A stretch of 62,935 nt of DNA, counting the filler, from Reticulomyxa filosa (taxonomy: Eukaryota; Protista; Foraminifera), in assembly GCA_000512085.1 (NCBI GenBank). It is 21 parts of 21 records of this genome, joined end to end, with 100 filler letters (N's around TTAATTAATTAA, not from the genome) between each part and the next. Parts side by side here need not be neighbours in the genome. Positions count along the whole stretch, not along the records: positions 1 to 10,798 come from ASPP01001239.1; positions 10,899 to 13,668 come from ASPP01005950.1; 19 more parts are not named here. One strand, given 5' to 3'. Shown in pieces: positions 1 to 11,826 of the stretch. A program made the position numbers and the translations under genes. The notes beneath the pieces were generated by a model. It worked only from the letters and a program-made list of their open reading frames with translations. It did no database searches and was not told where the DNA came from. How positions within the stretch are numbered: position 1 is the stretch's first letter; each line of letters starts with the position of its first letter.

Positions 1-1919
1 TTTTTTTTTTTTAAACAAATACCAGAATTTCCAAATAACTCCTTCAGAGTATCCGATTTCATTCCATATTTCAATTTCCTATTGAATCCTTTAGAACTAC
101 AATAGGCACCATCACAAGTTTGAGAATTTGCTTGCTGCATCTTATTTTGAATAGCAGACAAAAGTTTTAAAGCTCCTGTTTGCCTCTTTTTAGTTGCAAA
201 ATACGAACTTAGAAAAGCAGAACTTTTTTTATGAGCCTGTGTTGAGTATAGCATTTCTCGATTACGTCTGCAAAGAATATATTCAACCTCACTAATGAGT
301 GAGGGTACTGTACTGTATCTTTATTGGCCGGTTAGCCTTGCCAACGGCTTTCTTGTTAGCACCTCTCCCGATAAAAGATTGTTACAGCGCTTGCCTCAAA
401 ACTTAGAAAGTTTATGCCGACGAAAGCCCAAAAATAAATTGCAACAAGTACGTTGTCATATTGTAATAAAAGTGCTTAAAGCAACACGCTACTCACAATA
501 TTACAAAATCCAATAACTATAAAAAATCTTTATCTTTATATCACTATAAAAAAAATTTTTCACTAGTTGAAATTTCTTCGGATTTTGTATTGCGATTTCT
601 GGTCAGTTTGAAAATTTTCTACTTTCAGGATCTTTCTATATTTTTCGAAATATCTAGTTTGTATTGCTTTGCTTTCTAGATCTTGCTAATCTTTCACGAT
701 GATCGTCGATGATGATTTTTTTTTGCTTCTTTTTCTTGCTAGCTTTTCTTGGTACTTCAAAATTCTTCCCGAAGTTTTTGAAAGATTAACATTTGAAATT
801 TTGCCACAAGAACGTTCAAGATGTATACGATCAATTCTGGAGTGAAACAGGAAGAGCAGGCATACTAGAGATTTGTAAATTAATCCAATCAATTCCAAGT
901 TTTATGTTATGAATCGTGTTGGATTGAAATCAATTGTCCTGCTTGCAAAAAACAATTGTTTATTATAATGGGCAAGATCAAGATGAAAAACCAGTCCCAG
1001 TTTTAACATTTAATCTGTGATCATTTGAAGAAGAAGTTGCTGTCACAATGAATATTTTAGAATATATTGTCATTTGTCTGCCTGGTTGGATACCACTTGT
1101 GGAGAATAGCCTTTACACAGACAAATTGAAAACATTCAGAAGAGGTCAAACTGTTGAATTACAAGATATAAGCAAGAAGCAGCAACACTTAAAAGAAAAC
1201 TTCGTCAAGAAAAACAAAAATACATAATCAAAAGTATTGAATCGTTGAAAGAAGCAAATACGAGGCAGTTTTTCACCAGTTCAAGCAAATGAATTCAACA
1301 AGATCACTGTTATTCCATCAATAATATCTACTAGCTCCAATGATGTGGCCAAAACAGATTCTGAAAAAGCCGTACTATTAGTTGTTTAAACATCTCATCA
1401 ACCACCAAATTATTCAGAAGAAATTTTATATCATTGTGAACTAGTTGCATCAGATAATGAAACGAATAATTATCATTTATTTGATATAACTGAAGAAAAA
1501 ATTATTGAAGCATTTATATTAAATCTCACAAGTACATACAATATTTACGATCAAATACTTAAGCGTATTGGACAATCAATAGTCGAATCTTGGTATTCCT
1601 ATTCAATTGGAGTTTAAGATCCAATAAAAATAACAAATGTTCTTAAATGAATTTCCTGCAAAATTTCAAATATTGATCTACCAAATTAGCTTCAAATCTT
1701 AAAAGCTTGAAGAATCTTGACTTTTCTAACTGAATCCATTAAAAAAAAATATTTTTGCAGTAAATTGAAAATGATAATGAAATTGACTATATATTTTTTT
1801 AAAATAGTAATACGCTCAGTACCACTTTCATGTAATCACTATGCAAACATATCACTTACAACTGATTCAAAACAATATTTTCAATATATATTCTGTGATT
1901 CTGCTGCTATATTCAATTT

Positions 1920-2200
1920 GTGTAAATATATATTCTGATATCATATGCGAACATAACTGAATCAACAATATCATTTATATACAACATGAATAACATCTTA
2001 TGCAATAGTCATTTTGTTACACTAATTTTAAATTCTTTTACTAAATTAATTCCATTTAATATACTTGACCAATTCGATCTTTGATTAAGCTATATAACCA
2101 CCAATACATTTTTCATTTAAGTCTATAAATAATAATATTTAACATTTAATTATAAACAATATTATTTTATGTCATATGTATAATTTTCCTTGTGTTTGAT
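1920..2200 (-). mobile_element. Decayed non-LTR (LINE-type) reverse transcriptase relic
   Basis: Minus strand reads LK*KMYWWLYSLIKDRIGQV../LNGIN..KEFKISVTK*LLHKMLFMLYINDIVDSVMFAYDIRIY. This follows the LINE RT consensus order (W..SFL..R.q.V, GVPQG, LF.lYiND, FADD), with stops and frameshifts. Confidence 0.6.
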
Positions 2201-2751
2201 TTAATAATTATTTATTAATTAACTATTATATCAATATGTTTGTTGTTCTTTATAATTTGTAAATACTATGTATTAGTGCTTTCTATATTTACGATTGTTT
2301 CTTTTAATATAAGTTAGTCAACATTAATTATATAATATCGTATTTCTTATATTATTTAACATAAATATAATAATAATTATATTTATTTAATATTAAATAT
2401 TGTTCTAATACAAAATTTTTTCATAAACTACAACTTGAAAATATAATTTACATATATATAAATAACTTAGTTTTCAATTTAGCTATTTTCAATTTGTAAA
2501 CTTTATAATAAACAGTAATTATCTTTTAATAATTTCGTTATTGCATCTTGTACCCAATTGACAATAATTCGTTATCTTGTCTTATTACCGTTTAAAAAAT
2601 ATAATATTACAAGTTCTTCGAAAAACTTGATATATATCTATCTTGATATAGTAAAAGGACTTTTACTCTTCAAAACAAAATTAAAATATCGTTACTGAGT
2701 TAGTTGATAATTAATTGCCATTGTCTTAATAATTGACTTATTATTGATATT

Positions 2752-4976
2752 TTACAAGTTAGCACGCTTATGATATTGTAAGTGTATTAAATAGATGCAC
2801 GCATGACTTGTTGAATATTATCATTTTTTGCTTTTTCAAAATATTGTTGTCGTTTATTTGCTTCGTCCTATTAAATTTTGTGGAATTGTAACTGTTTAAC
2901 ATTTTTGAAAGAAGAAAAAAACTTACCAATCGAGTTCGGATCTGTTTGTCTCTATTCATAAGTTCAATCATTAAATTTGTCTTCGCTTCAAACATTGTTT
3001 GATTATTCATTCCTTCTTTTGACAATTCATTATCATGGCTTTCTAATGTGTGTTTAATCTTTTCTTGAGTGACATCGAATATCTTCATTTCTTGTTCAAT
3101 ATTTTCGACATCTCTCATTGCGCGGTTCCATTCTCGTTCAAAAATATATTGTTTAGAAAGTAACTGTCCAATGTGTGGACCTATTTTCCGCTTGATATTT
3201 TTATAATTGTCCTTATTTTCATTTACTATTACTTCAATTTCAATATCGTTTTCATGTTTCAAAGGAATAATTGTTTCCTTAGGATTGCTTACTGTTAATA
3301 TCGACCCATCTAGTAATGATTTAAATGATTCTAGCTCTGGGCCACTTCTGATAGTTATTGACGATTCAGGATTTAGTTGAAAGAAGTCATTTAAAATTGG
3401 CTTTATTCGTATGTTTGTTATTGTTTTTGGTTTGTTACAAAATAATCATTTTATTTTTTTTGCTATGTGGTAACTTAACGGGATTGCGTTGAACGAGAAG
3501 CCCGTCGTTGTAAAGAGATTGAACAACAGAAAAATCTCCTCCGAAAACCACTTGAGATACTTCTTGCGCCGTGGACTCGACAGTGCGGCTAAAGAAATCG
3601 AAGTTTAGCCATTGCAATGCTGTTTTTATCGGTTCAGTGGACAAGCCTGAATGTTTATCGTTGTTTTTGCACTGCAAATATTGATCCGTCATTTGTTGTT
3701 GTAATGATTGCCAAAAGTCAGCTCGTGCCCAATCGGATATAACACTTTTACTTTGTCTGTTTCTATACCATTCCACACGTCTGGATTTGATGTCGGACCA
3801 TCCTTTGTCAAAATTGAATGTATCCTTGTCTGTTTGTTTATATTGTGAACGTGATGCATAATGTGAATACATAATTGAAAAAATATATTCAAACCTTGTA
3901 GATACAGTTGCGTCAGTTGTTGAAAACAGCTGTTAATGTCTTGCATATTTGTTCGACAAAACTGAATAATATTGTACATTTGATCACTTGTAAGCTTGAA
4001 CGCACCTTGGTGCTGTTGATTAAATGTATCGACACAGTGCTTCAAATAGTCATTGCTCTCTATCTGTGAAGACAACTGACCGATCCACAGGAAATTGGTC
4101 GCGGTCTTCATTGGACGAGGGCCTTCTGTCGTTAGTGCCAATATACAATGACTCAGTTGATACTTGTAAGTCATATCGTTCACCAATTCCAACATAGGCG
4201 CGTTTTCCAAGTTGTCAAGATTGTCTAGTACCACGATTGGCATTTCTCCTGTTTTTGTTACAGCCATTCTGTTGTTGTTTTGGCTTGCCAAAATACAACA
4301 CTGTTTGTTTTGTAAAGAGATCAAATACTTGACTGTGATGTCATTTCACATTCTAGTATCCTCATTTGGTCGATCCAATGATTGTACAGCCATTGCTCGT
4401 AGGTCAATCCGTTTTGTCCAATCCATTCATGTATTCGTCGTCGATACGTGGTCAGCCATTCTGGTAGTTTCATCGTGTCTTCCATTTGTTTTGCCAAGCT
4501 TTTCTTTTGTTATGTTTGTTATTTGTTTTGTTTTTTGCCAAAGGCCTTTGGGAAAAGCAAAGACATACTTGAGATGCCAAATCAAAACGAAAACAAGGTA
4601 ATTGAAGTTTGTGCAAAGCATAAACAATGGAATGCGTTTTACCAAATCCAGAGGGAGACTCTACCAAAGTGATGGGACATTTGGAATTGTTTTTGTTCAG
4701 GACATTCACAAAAGCTTGGTCAAGGGTCTCACGTTTGAAATGATTCTGTTGTTCTTTCGCTTGCTTCAAGTTTTCCTTTTGTCTTTCGATATCCAATTGA
4801 AGGTTACGCCAGCTTTGATTGTACACTTGGCTTGAATATTTGTGCACGCCAAAAATACCAACCATGCACGATCCACAAATGGTTCCTATCTTGAGAAGGT
4901 TGTTTGATCTTGTTATTAGCATCAATGTGATGCAAAAAAAAAGCATGCAACATACTAGTACTCGCCCGGAAAGCAT
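2752..4976 (-). CDS. Multi-exon P-loop NTPase with N-terminal hydrophobic segments and C-terminal coiled coil
   Basis: Walker A-like LVESPSGFGKT (ORF 4470-4976) and Walker B-like PIVVLDNLD (ORF 3689-4324). GT-AG introns near 4568, 4330, 3894, 3480 and 2925 join ORFs 4470, 3689, 3435 and 2768 in frame. Confidence 0.65.
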
Positions 4977-5158
4977 TGCTTCGTTCTTCTTCCTTCACAA
5001 CGGGAAACAAGAAAAAATTTTTGACGGAACGAAAGAATAGTCGATACAGTAGTGACAAAATTAATAAATCTTATCAACACTAAACAAGATTTTCAAGTAA
5101 AAGAAATGTAAATGAATAGCTCATTTAAGAACACAAGCCAATGGCTTAAATAAAACAA

Positions 5159-6450
5159 TCAAAGTTTGACAATCTTGGCAATGAAAAAGCCACTTGTATT
5201 AGACGTAACAGGGTCAAATCGCAAACACCTTTTGAGCAAGTCATTGCGATTGATGACATGACCTGGTTTGAATAGGCCTTTTCCATCTACTGTGGAGAAC
5301 AGTGGATGTGCTGTCAAATCTTCAATTCTCATTTCTGATTTATGTCTATGATACAACCAATCGATTACAAACTCATTTTGCAATAAATCAAAAGAACAAG
5401 TGCAATAGACTAGGTTCCCATTGCTTTTCAAATTTTGAAAGCCCGTTTCAATCAACTGACATTGTAATTGAAACGTATCATTTCTCTTTTTATCGTTCAA
5501 ACATTCATTGAAAAATAAAGTCCATTTCCATTTTTTTTTTTGTAATATTTTTTGTGAACATTACGAATCGAGCCATCACTGGTGCACTCGCTATCGACAA
5601 TGACTTTGTCGTATCTATTTGTGTTTTGTGTCTTTGTCTTTGTTGTCTTTGGGCAATCCTTTGCGGACTGCAGCGTTCCGACCACCTTTCTTCTTTTGTT
5701 TGGTGGATAGGGGATTTTATCATCTTCAATTGTGTCCTTTTTTGACGTGGGGTCCAATGACAATTCGATTTCGAACATAGATTTGGTTTCATCCTTGGTC
5801 TGAGGTGGCTGCCTATCAAATTGGGTCCCATCCATGCACATCAAACGAATAAGGAAATTGCTTGCTACTTTATTTTTATTATCGGAGTCGTGGCAAGTGC
5901 TTTCGATTACATGTTTGCGATACTTTATTAGCAAAGATTGGCACAGTTGAATGCGATTTGCATCGATGTCGACACCAGTGATCGTCCCTTTGCATTTCAT
6001 CAATTGAGACAAGTACAACAGCTTATTCCCAGGGGCACAGCATAAATCTAACACATGGTCCCATGGCTGGACATCCAACAACTGACAAGCAATTCCGCTC
6101 GTTATATCCATTCCCAATATTTTTTGTTGCTTGTAACACGACAATTGGCACACATTCAAAATATTTGGAGATATTGACAAAAAGTCTTTCAGAATTTCAC
6201 TATGCTTTATTTTTATCTCACCACCTTCAATTGATGATTGTGCGCGCCCATCATTTTTCTTCTTGTTTGAGAGCAAGCTCTCCTGGAGTTCCTTTGATAT
6301 TTCTTCTACCGAGACAGGATTGTAAGGGTTCACACGAACGTAGCGAGGTAACTTGAAAAAATGAAAATAAACGTCTGGATTAACATGGTTTTCTCTCAGA
6401 AACAATTCAAGTGAATTAGGATTTTTTTGCTTAGTTTTTATTTTTTCCAT
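5159..6450 (-). CDS. NOL1/NOP2/Sun (RsmB/NSUN) family RNA m5C methyltransferase, apparent frameshift in the run at 5531-5541
   Basis: VLDLCCAPGNK (SAM binding), GVDID, DKVIVDSECTSDGS (motif IV Cys), LVYCTCS (motif VI Cys), SGFFIAKI. Correcting the A11 run gives KYYKKK-WKWTLFFNECLNDKKR and joins the two ORFs. Confidence 0.9.
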
Positions 6451-7369
6451 AACTTGGAAGACGAACAAAACTGAGTTTTGTGAAACAAGTCCTGTCCCTG
6501 TGTTAGCACTGGGCAGAATCGTATATTTTTTGATGCAAATGGAAATGTTATATTCTAAAAACAGTTGAGTCCATTATTTATTACAATGTAGCTGGAAATT
6601 TTCAAGACCATAACTCTTGAAGTGAAAAACAAATCTGATTTAGTGTTTCTTTTTAAAGGCAATATTTGACTGCGAGAATGATCACGATGAAAAAGATTGA
6701 GTGCAAAATGTAAAATCTTTATCGCTTTGTTTTATTTTAAGTACAACATTTTTTTCCTTTCCAATGTTATTAACTAAATGCATTTATCTTATTTTGTTTA
6801 TTTATTTATTGCTTATACTTGATAATTGGAACATGCATTATCTAATACAGAATAGTTTCTGTTTTTGTGCTAATCAATAGCCAGATACTTATTTGACTTG
6901 TATACACTTAAATATAATATTTGCGTAATTTGATACATTCAATGTCTTCCAATAATGACAATCATAAACTTCTTTATTATTGTAATCTAGACTATGAACA
7001 TGACACTAAATATTATTATTAATTCCAAATTTCCTTCATTTAGTTTATACTGTTCTGCTTCGCAATTGATACTCAATTGAAGAGTTTAATGAATAGATTT
7101 AACTTTTGCTTCAAACACGATTCTTTTGTTTGTTTGTAGAGATAAAATTGTGTTCAAAAATACAATGCCAATCATTTCACAAATAGATAATGATCCAACT
7201 CAAAATGCATCTCACAGTCGAGATAGCAAAATAATATTGCTTGAAATGAAAAATCTCAAGCCATGAAAAAAAAATGAAAACAATTCCTCACAGATGTGTG
7301 GCAAAAGTAAGTTTGTCAAAGTGAAATATTCGAAATCATACAAAACAAAGAGATGATAAAGCATGAGAG

Positions 7370-10009
7370 CTAAATCAAGTCAATTTGCCGTTCTTTCAGT
7401 AAACCTAATACTTTAGTGGAGAGGTTTAGGCGCAGGGCCATTTCGGAAGGAGTCTCTCGAAGCTAGGAAGTGCAGACAGTACGTTTCTTGTGTAGCCGAA
7501 CAAAAAAAAAGAAATTAAAAGCGTAAATACCTTGGCACTGTTGGAGGATTGGAGTAAATCGTTCCATACGGATATGGGCATGAATTTGCGTAAGCAATTG
7601 AGCCTAGATACATCATTTCCCTTTTTATTTGCAACAGCCAAATGAATAATATTGCATCCTGGCATATTGCTGTGATTGGTGGTAATCAGCCTCCAAAATG
7701 CATGGTTGTCTTTTTCGGAAGATTGTGGGATCAAAATGGAAACCATTTCATCGTTGATTTCAGACGATAAATAGAATGCAGACATTAATGGAACATGTCC
7801 GTACTATTCAAACAATCAACATCGATTTCTAGGGATAGAAATGTAGGAAGGCCAATGATAATGTCAACAATACCTTGTCCCGGACATCGAGTAACTTTTC
7901 CCACGATTCCTCGGGCATGTAACTTTTGAGTATTTGAAGACGGCTTAAAGCGTCGGGATGGTGATTTTCGACTGTCAAGTGAATGATTGTGGATCCGTCC
8001 TATTCGCATTGGAGACAAAACAATTTAGAAATAAGGCTTGTGATTTATGTTGGGTGTTTGTTTTTTTTTTCCTCTAACTGATTTATTGTTGGTCGTCTTC
8101 TCCCAAAAATCGGTATTGAAAGCATAGTCTTCGGGAATTAAATACAGCATGATTTCATCGGTAATCCTTGCTTGTTTGTACGCGGTGTGTAACAACGGTG
8201 TGTAGCCTTGCTATTGTATATTTTACATTGCACATATATGTACTGTGTGCGATGAGACGTGTATGGACATGATACAACAATACAATCTATTAACATATGT
8301 TTCTTGAGTGGATATGAATTCCTGCCATTTGATCTCGCTGATTTTGCTCTTCAGCAGTTCGAGTAAAGACACGAGCAGGACTTTTTGGTTGCGGACTGCA
8401 AATTCGAGAAGTGAGGCTTCATCCTTTTTTAAGTTTAAAAAAAAGTATAAATATAAATATAAATATAAATATAAATATAAATATAAATATAAATATAAAT
8501 ATAAATATAAATATATAAAAAAGAATTGAATTGTTATTCGAGTATTAATAAAAGAAATACTTCTTCAGTGTGACTCCAAAACGATTCATCGGCGTCAAAA
8601 GGATAAAAAGTTCAATGGCTTTCATAGAAGTTTGTTTCCAAAGCGCGTAGGTCAAAGCGCAGTTGTCTTCGACATTTCTTTCGAGCAGTTGTTGCTGGAC
8701 GATATCTTGGGGGATCAAGACTTGCAGCAGCTCTTGAGCGCACTGATACTCCATGGCGGCGCTGTAGGCGATGTTGGTGACAAAATTGCTTTCGCTGTCG
8801 TCTTTAATGACTTTGACGTAATCGGACTTTGCAAACTCCAAAGGATAACGCAGCATCAATGGACATAAATGTCGACTATTGAAGCAGGCGAGTTTGAGTT
8901 GGAAGTCGAAATGATTGAAGAGCAGTTGTTCGTAGGATCCTTGTCGAAAGGACTGTTGTCGAATAATTTCATAGAACTTTTGCTCTTTGATCTTCCAATC
9001 GTACATTTCCTTCCACAGGAACTCGACTTCGCAAATGATACTCTGCATCCACTCCAGATCGGTGTAGATGACATTGAATTTGATGTCCCTGTAGCCCTCG
9101 GGGATGGTGTATCTCTTCTGCGCAGATGTGCGTTTGTCATAGGCCTTGGCAGAGTCCTCGTCATTGACGAAGCTGTTCTTGACACGCATCAGTTCGAAGC
9201 GATCAGAGCTGTCCCGTAAAAAGTCTTTGAATTTGTGCAGACCGAGCAGATAGTCGTCGAGCGTGTCAAATGTGGCCGTGCAGCGCACCAAGTCCATCAA
9301 ATGGGCGGACTTTGGGAAGCGCTCGTTGGCATACTCGCTTTGCACTTTTTGCTTGCAACTGTGATGACTCTTGATAGGCGCACGCGAGTATTTGCAGGTG
9401 CCGCCGCATTCACGAAAGAACTTGCGCATTTCGGATTGAAAGCCCTCGTCCATGTCGTGTGCACGTTGAATGAGTTCGGTCAGATAGATGTCAAAGTCCC
9501 ATGCATACTTGGAGTTGTACGAGTTGCGACTGTAATTGGCGGCAGTGAAGTAGGACGAGTTGGAAGACAAAGAGTTGGGAAAGGAGGAGGAGGAGGAGGA
9601 AGAGGAGGAGAAGGAGGAAGAGAGGGAAGAAGACGCAGAGGAGGAAGAAGAGGCATAGGGAACTGAGAGATTGCCAGAGTTGTGAGTGTGAATGGACGGA
9701 TCTCCATCGTAGCCCGTGCAAATGCTTCGATAATCCAATTCCTTTTCATCTTTAATCTTTGATTTCAATCCATATCGACACTTGTCTTGTCTCCAATTTT
9801 TTTTTTTATCTTTGCCCAAATACTCGGAATGAATCATTTCATTGCAATGAAAGTTGCAAATGTCTTCAAATACGAGCTCGTGTTCGATTATTTCCTTTTC
9901 CAGTCGTCTGCGCAATCCCTCTACCTCCTTCTTTGTCTGTTCTGTACACAGATCTACTACTTCACGCCATTTCAATCGTGACACTTTCCATTTTATCATG
10001 CTTTCAATC

Positions 10010-10044
<35 letters not shown>

Positions 10045-10728
10045 TCTGTAGTCATCATTATCATTATCATTATCATCTTCCTCTTCCTCCTCTTCCTCTT
10101 CCTCATCCTCCTCTTCCTCATCTTCTTCATCCTCCTTCGTCGTCTTTTCTTCACTCTTGGTCTCATTCGCCTGCCTATGGTCCACCGTGTCCAACCACAC
10201 CACCATCTGTCTGTCGTTCAACACATGCTCTTGGATCCATTCCCAGTCACACGGATTGCTATTCAATGTTTCGATGTTCAATAGTTGTTTGCACTGACAA
10301 AACAACGCCTCCCACACAAATTGGGGTTTAAATAAATAACACAAGTTATATACGTCTTTGCTCAATAATTTGCGGTCTTTGATCATTTCCACTATCACAT
10401 CACACAGCGTGTTCATCACCACTTCAAACTCATTCCCGTGACGTGTCTTCAAGTAGTGTAATAGCAATTCCATCTTTGATTTCTCTTGCGAGATTTGGAT
10501 GCCATAGTCTCTCATTATTTTTTTGTTTTCGTCCAAATACTGAGTCGATATTAGCACTTGGATTGCCGCTTCGTTTTGCATTACAATCGCACGGTCCAAT
10601 GCGCTTTGGATTTGATCGTCGCCGATTTCGTGTCGAATGTCCGATGTCAACAAATACCGTAGACATTGACAATTATTCGATGAAAAGGGATACACCAAAT
10701 GTCCTAAAATGTCCATCTGTTTATTCAA
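7370..10728 (-). CDS. Ankyrin-like repeat protein with central RelA/SpoT-synthetase-like nucleotidyltransferase domain (5' end probably lost at the spacer)
   Basis: 727-aa ORF with APIKSHHSCKQK / MDLVRCT / RVKNSF / GYRDIKFNV / ICEVEF at about 9020-9385. Downstream exons (about 8300-8424, about 8085-8212, 7874-7999, 7531-7803, 7370-7462) encode GYTPLLHTA, GSTIIHLTV, GHVPLMSA, GCNIIHLAV and ETPSEMA ankyrin-like units, ending at TAG 7370. Confidence 0.75.
8446..8518. repeat. (ATAAAT)n hexamer microsatellite inside an intron
   Basis: About 11 tandem ATAAAT units; they produce the spurious KYKYKY ORF. Confidence 0.9.
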
Positions 10729-10766
10729 ATGTATCCATTGTTATTGCATATTACATATATATATAT

Positions 10767-10798
<32 letters not shown>

Positions 10799-10898
10799 NN
10801 NNNNNNNNNNNNNNNNNNNNNNNNNNNNNNNNNNNNNNNNNNTTAATTAATTAANNNNNNNNNNNNNNNNNNNNNNNNNNNNNNNNNNNNNNNNNNNN
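10799..10898. other. Artificial contig spacer (first of 20; the others start at 13669, 15230, 17730, 19128, 20610, 22230, 25192, 27914, 29060, 30719, 32118, 35631, 41589, 43690, 49008, 51135, 52297, 56839, 61783)
   Basis: Identical 100-nt N44-TTAATTAATTAA-N44 block with stops in all six frames; often flanked by homopolymer or microsatellite contig ends. Confidence 0.98.
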
Positions 10899-11826
10899 CG
10901 ATGCCAAGTTAATTAAAGACCATCAAACAGGATTTGTGGTGTTCACTGGGTCCGTGCCCGGCGGACAGCAGATCCAGGCGGCGACGGCGACCAGATTTAT
11001 CAACACGACACTCGAGTTGGGCGGAAAGGACCCTGCGTATGTGTGTGACGACTCCGACGTGGAAAAAAGTGCATTCAGCGTCGTGGACGGGGCTGTGTAC
11101 AACGCCGGACAATCTTGCTGCGCGGTCGAACGCTGCTATGTCCACGAAAAAGTCGCCAAGCGATTTGTGGAATGCTGCGTGGAAAACTTCAAAACTTTAC
11201 AATTGGGAGATCCCAAAAATGATAAGACTAATATTGGGCCCATGGCAAGTCCATCTGCGCCTCAATTCTTACAAAAACAAGTTTGTCTTTTTTTTTTTTT
11301 TTAACTTGCAATCATGACCGACACCTTATATAATGCATACACATATACATACATGTACATTTATTTGGGTACAAAAAAAAAAAAAAAGGTGGAACAAGCG
11401 GTTGCAAAAGGTGCCAAGATTTTATATGGAAGTGGGAAGGCATGCACGGATGCCACGAATCGAGGACGTTTTTTTAGTCCAACGTTGCTGACGAATTGTA
11501 ATCATACTATGGATGTAATGCAGGAGGAGTCCTTTGGCCCCGTCTTGCCCATTTGTGTGGTCAAGTCCGACAAAGAGGCCGTTCAGTTGATGAACGATAG
11601 CAAGTATGGACTCACTGCTGCGGTGTACACGGGCGACGAAAAGAGAGCTGATCTCTTGTCTCGGCAAATTGAAACGGGTACTGTCTTCATGAACCGATGC
11701 GATTATTTGGATCCTTACTTGGCCTGGACTGGCGTCAAAGACACGGGCAAAGGCGTTTCGTTGAGCAAACACTGTTTTGAGTATTTCATCAAATTAAAAT
11801 CACTCAATTTTAAAGTAAAATGGTAA
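10899..11826 (+). CDS. Aldehyde dehydrogenase, C-terminal part; intron 11281-11388
   Basis: FTGS, LELGGKDP, NAGQSCCA (catalytic Cys), EESFGPV, YGLTAAV. A phase-0 intron gives LQKQ|VEQAVAKGA. Confidence 0.95.

Noticed and set aside
1000-2760. Alternative genetic code (TAA/TAG read as Gln) to explain stop-riddled coding-like DNA
   Set aside because: Conserved genes here end in TAA, TAG or TGA and have no in-frame stops; these stretches also carry frameshifts, consistent with decay.
8600-9700. Raised GC in the RSH-like domain as evidence of recent horizontal transfer or contamination
   Set aside because: Similar GC is seen by eye in exons of ALDH and the ATG16L-like gene, and the gene has host-type introns and repeats.
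9235-10331. Overlapping antisense and alternative-frame ORFs (poly-G, poly-Y, poly-L, poly-P)
   Set aside because: Shadows of trinucleotide repeats in the real minus-strand gene; the same applies at 39398-40277, 46563-47390 and 53277-54287.
2752-10728. Operon-like co-oriented ATPase, methyltransferase and RSH-like gene as a defence island
   Set aside because: Three co-oriented eukaryotic genes are expected by chance, and the methyltransferase looks like an ordinary NSUN housekeeping enzyme.
10843-10854. Regularly recurring TTAATTAATTAA palindrome as a biological repeat or CRISPR-like array
   Set aside because: Always centred in a fixed 100-nt N block; it is an assembly concatenation linker.
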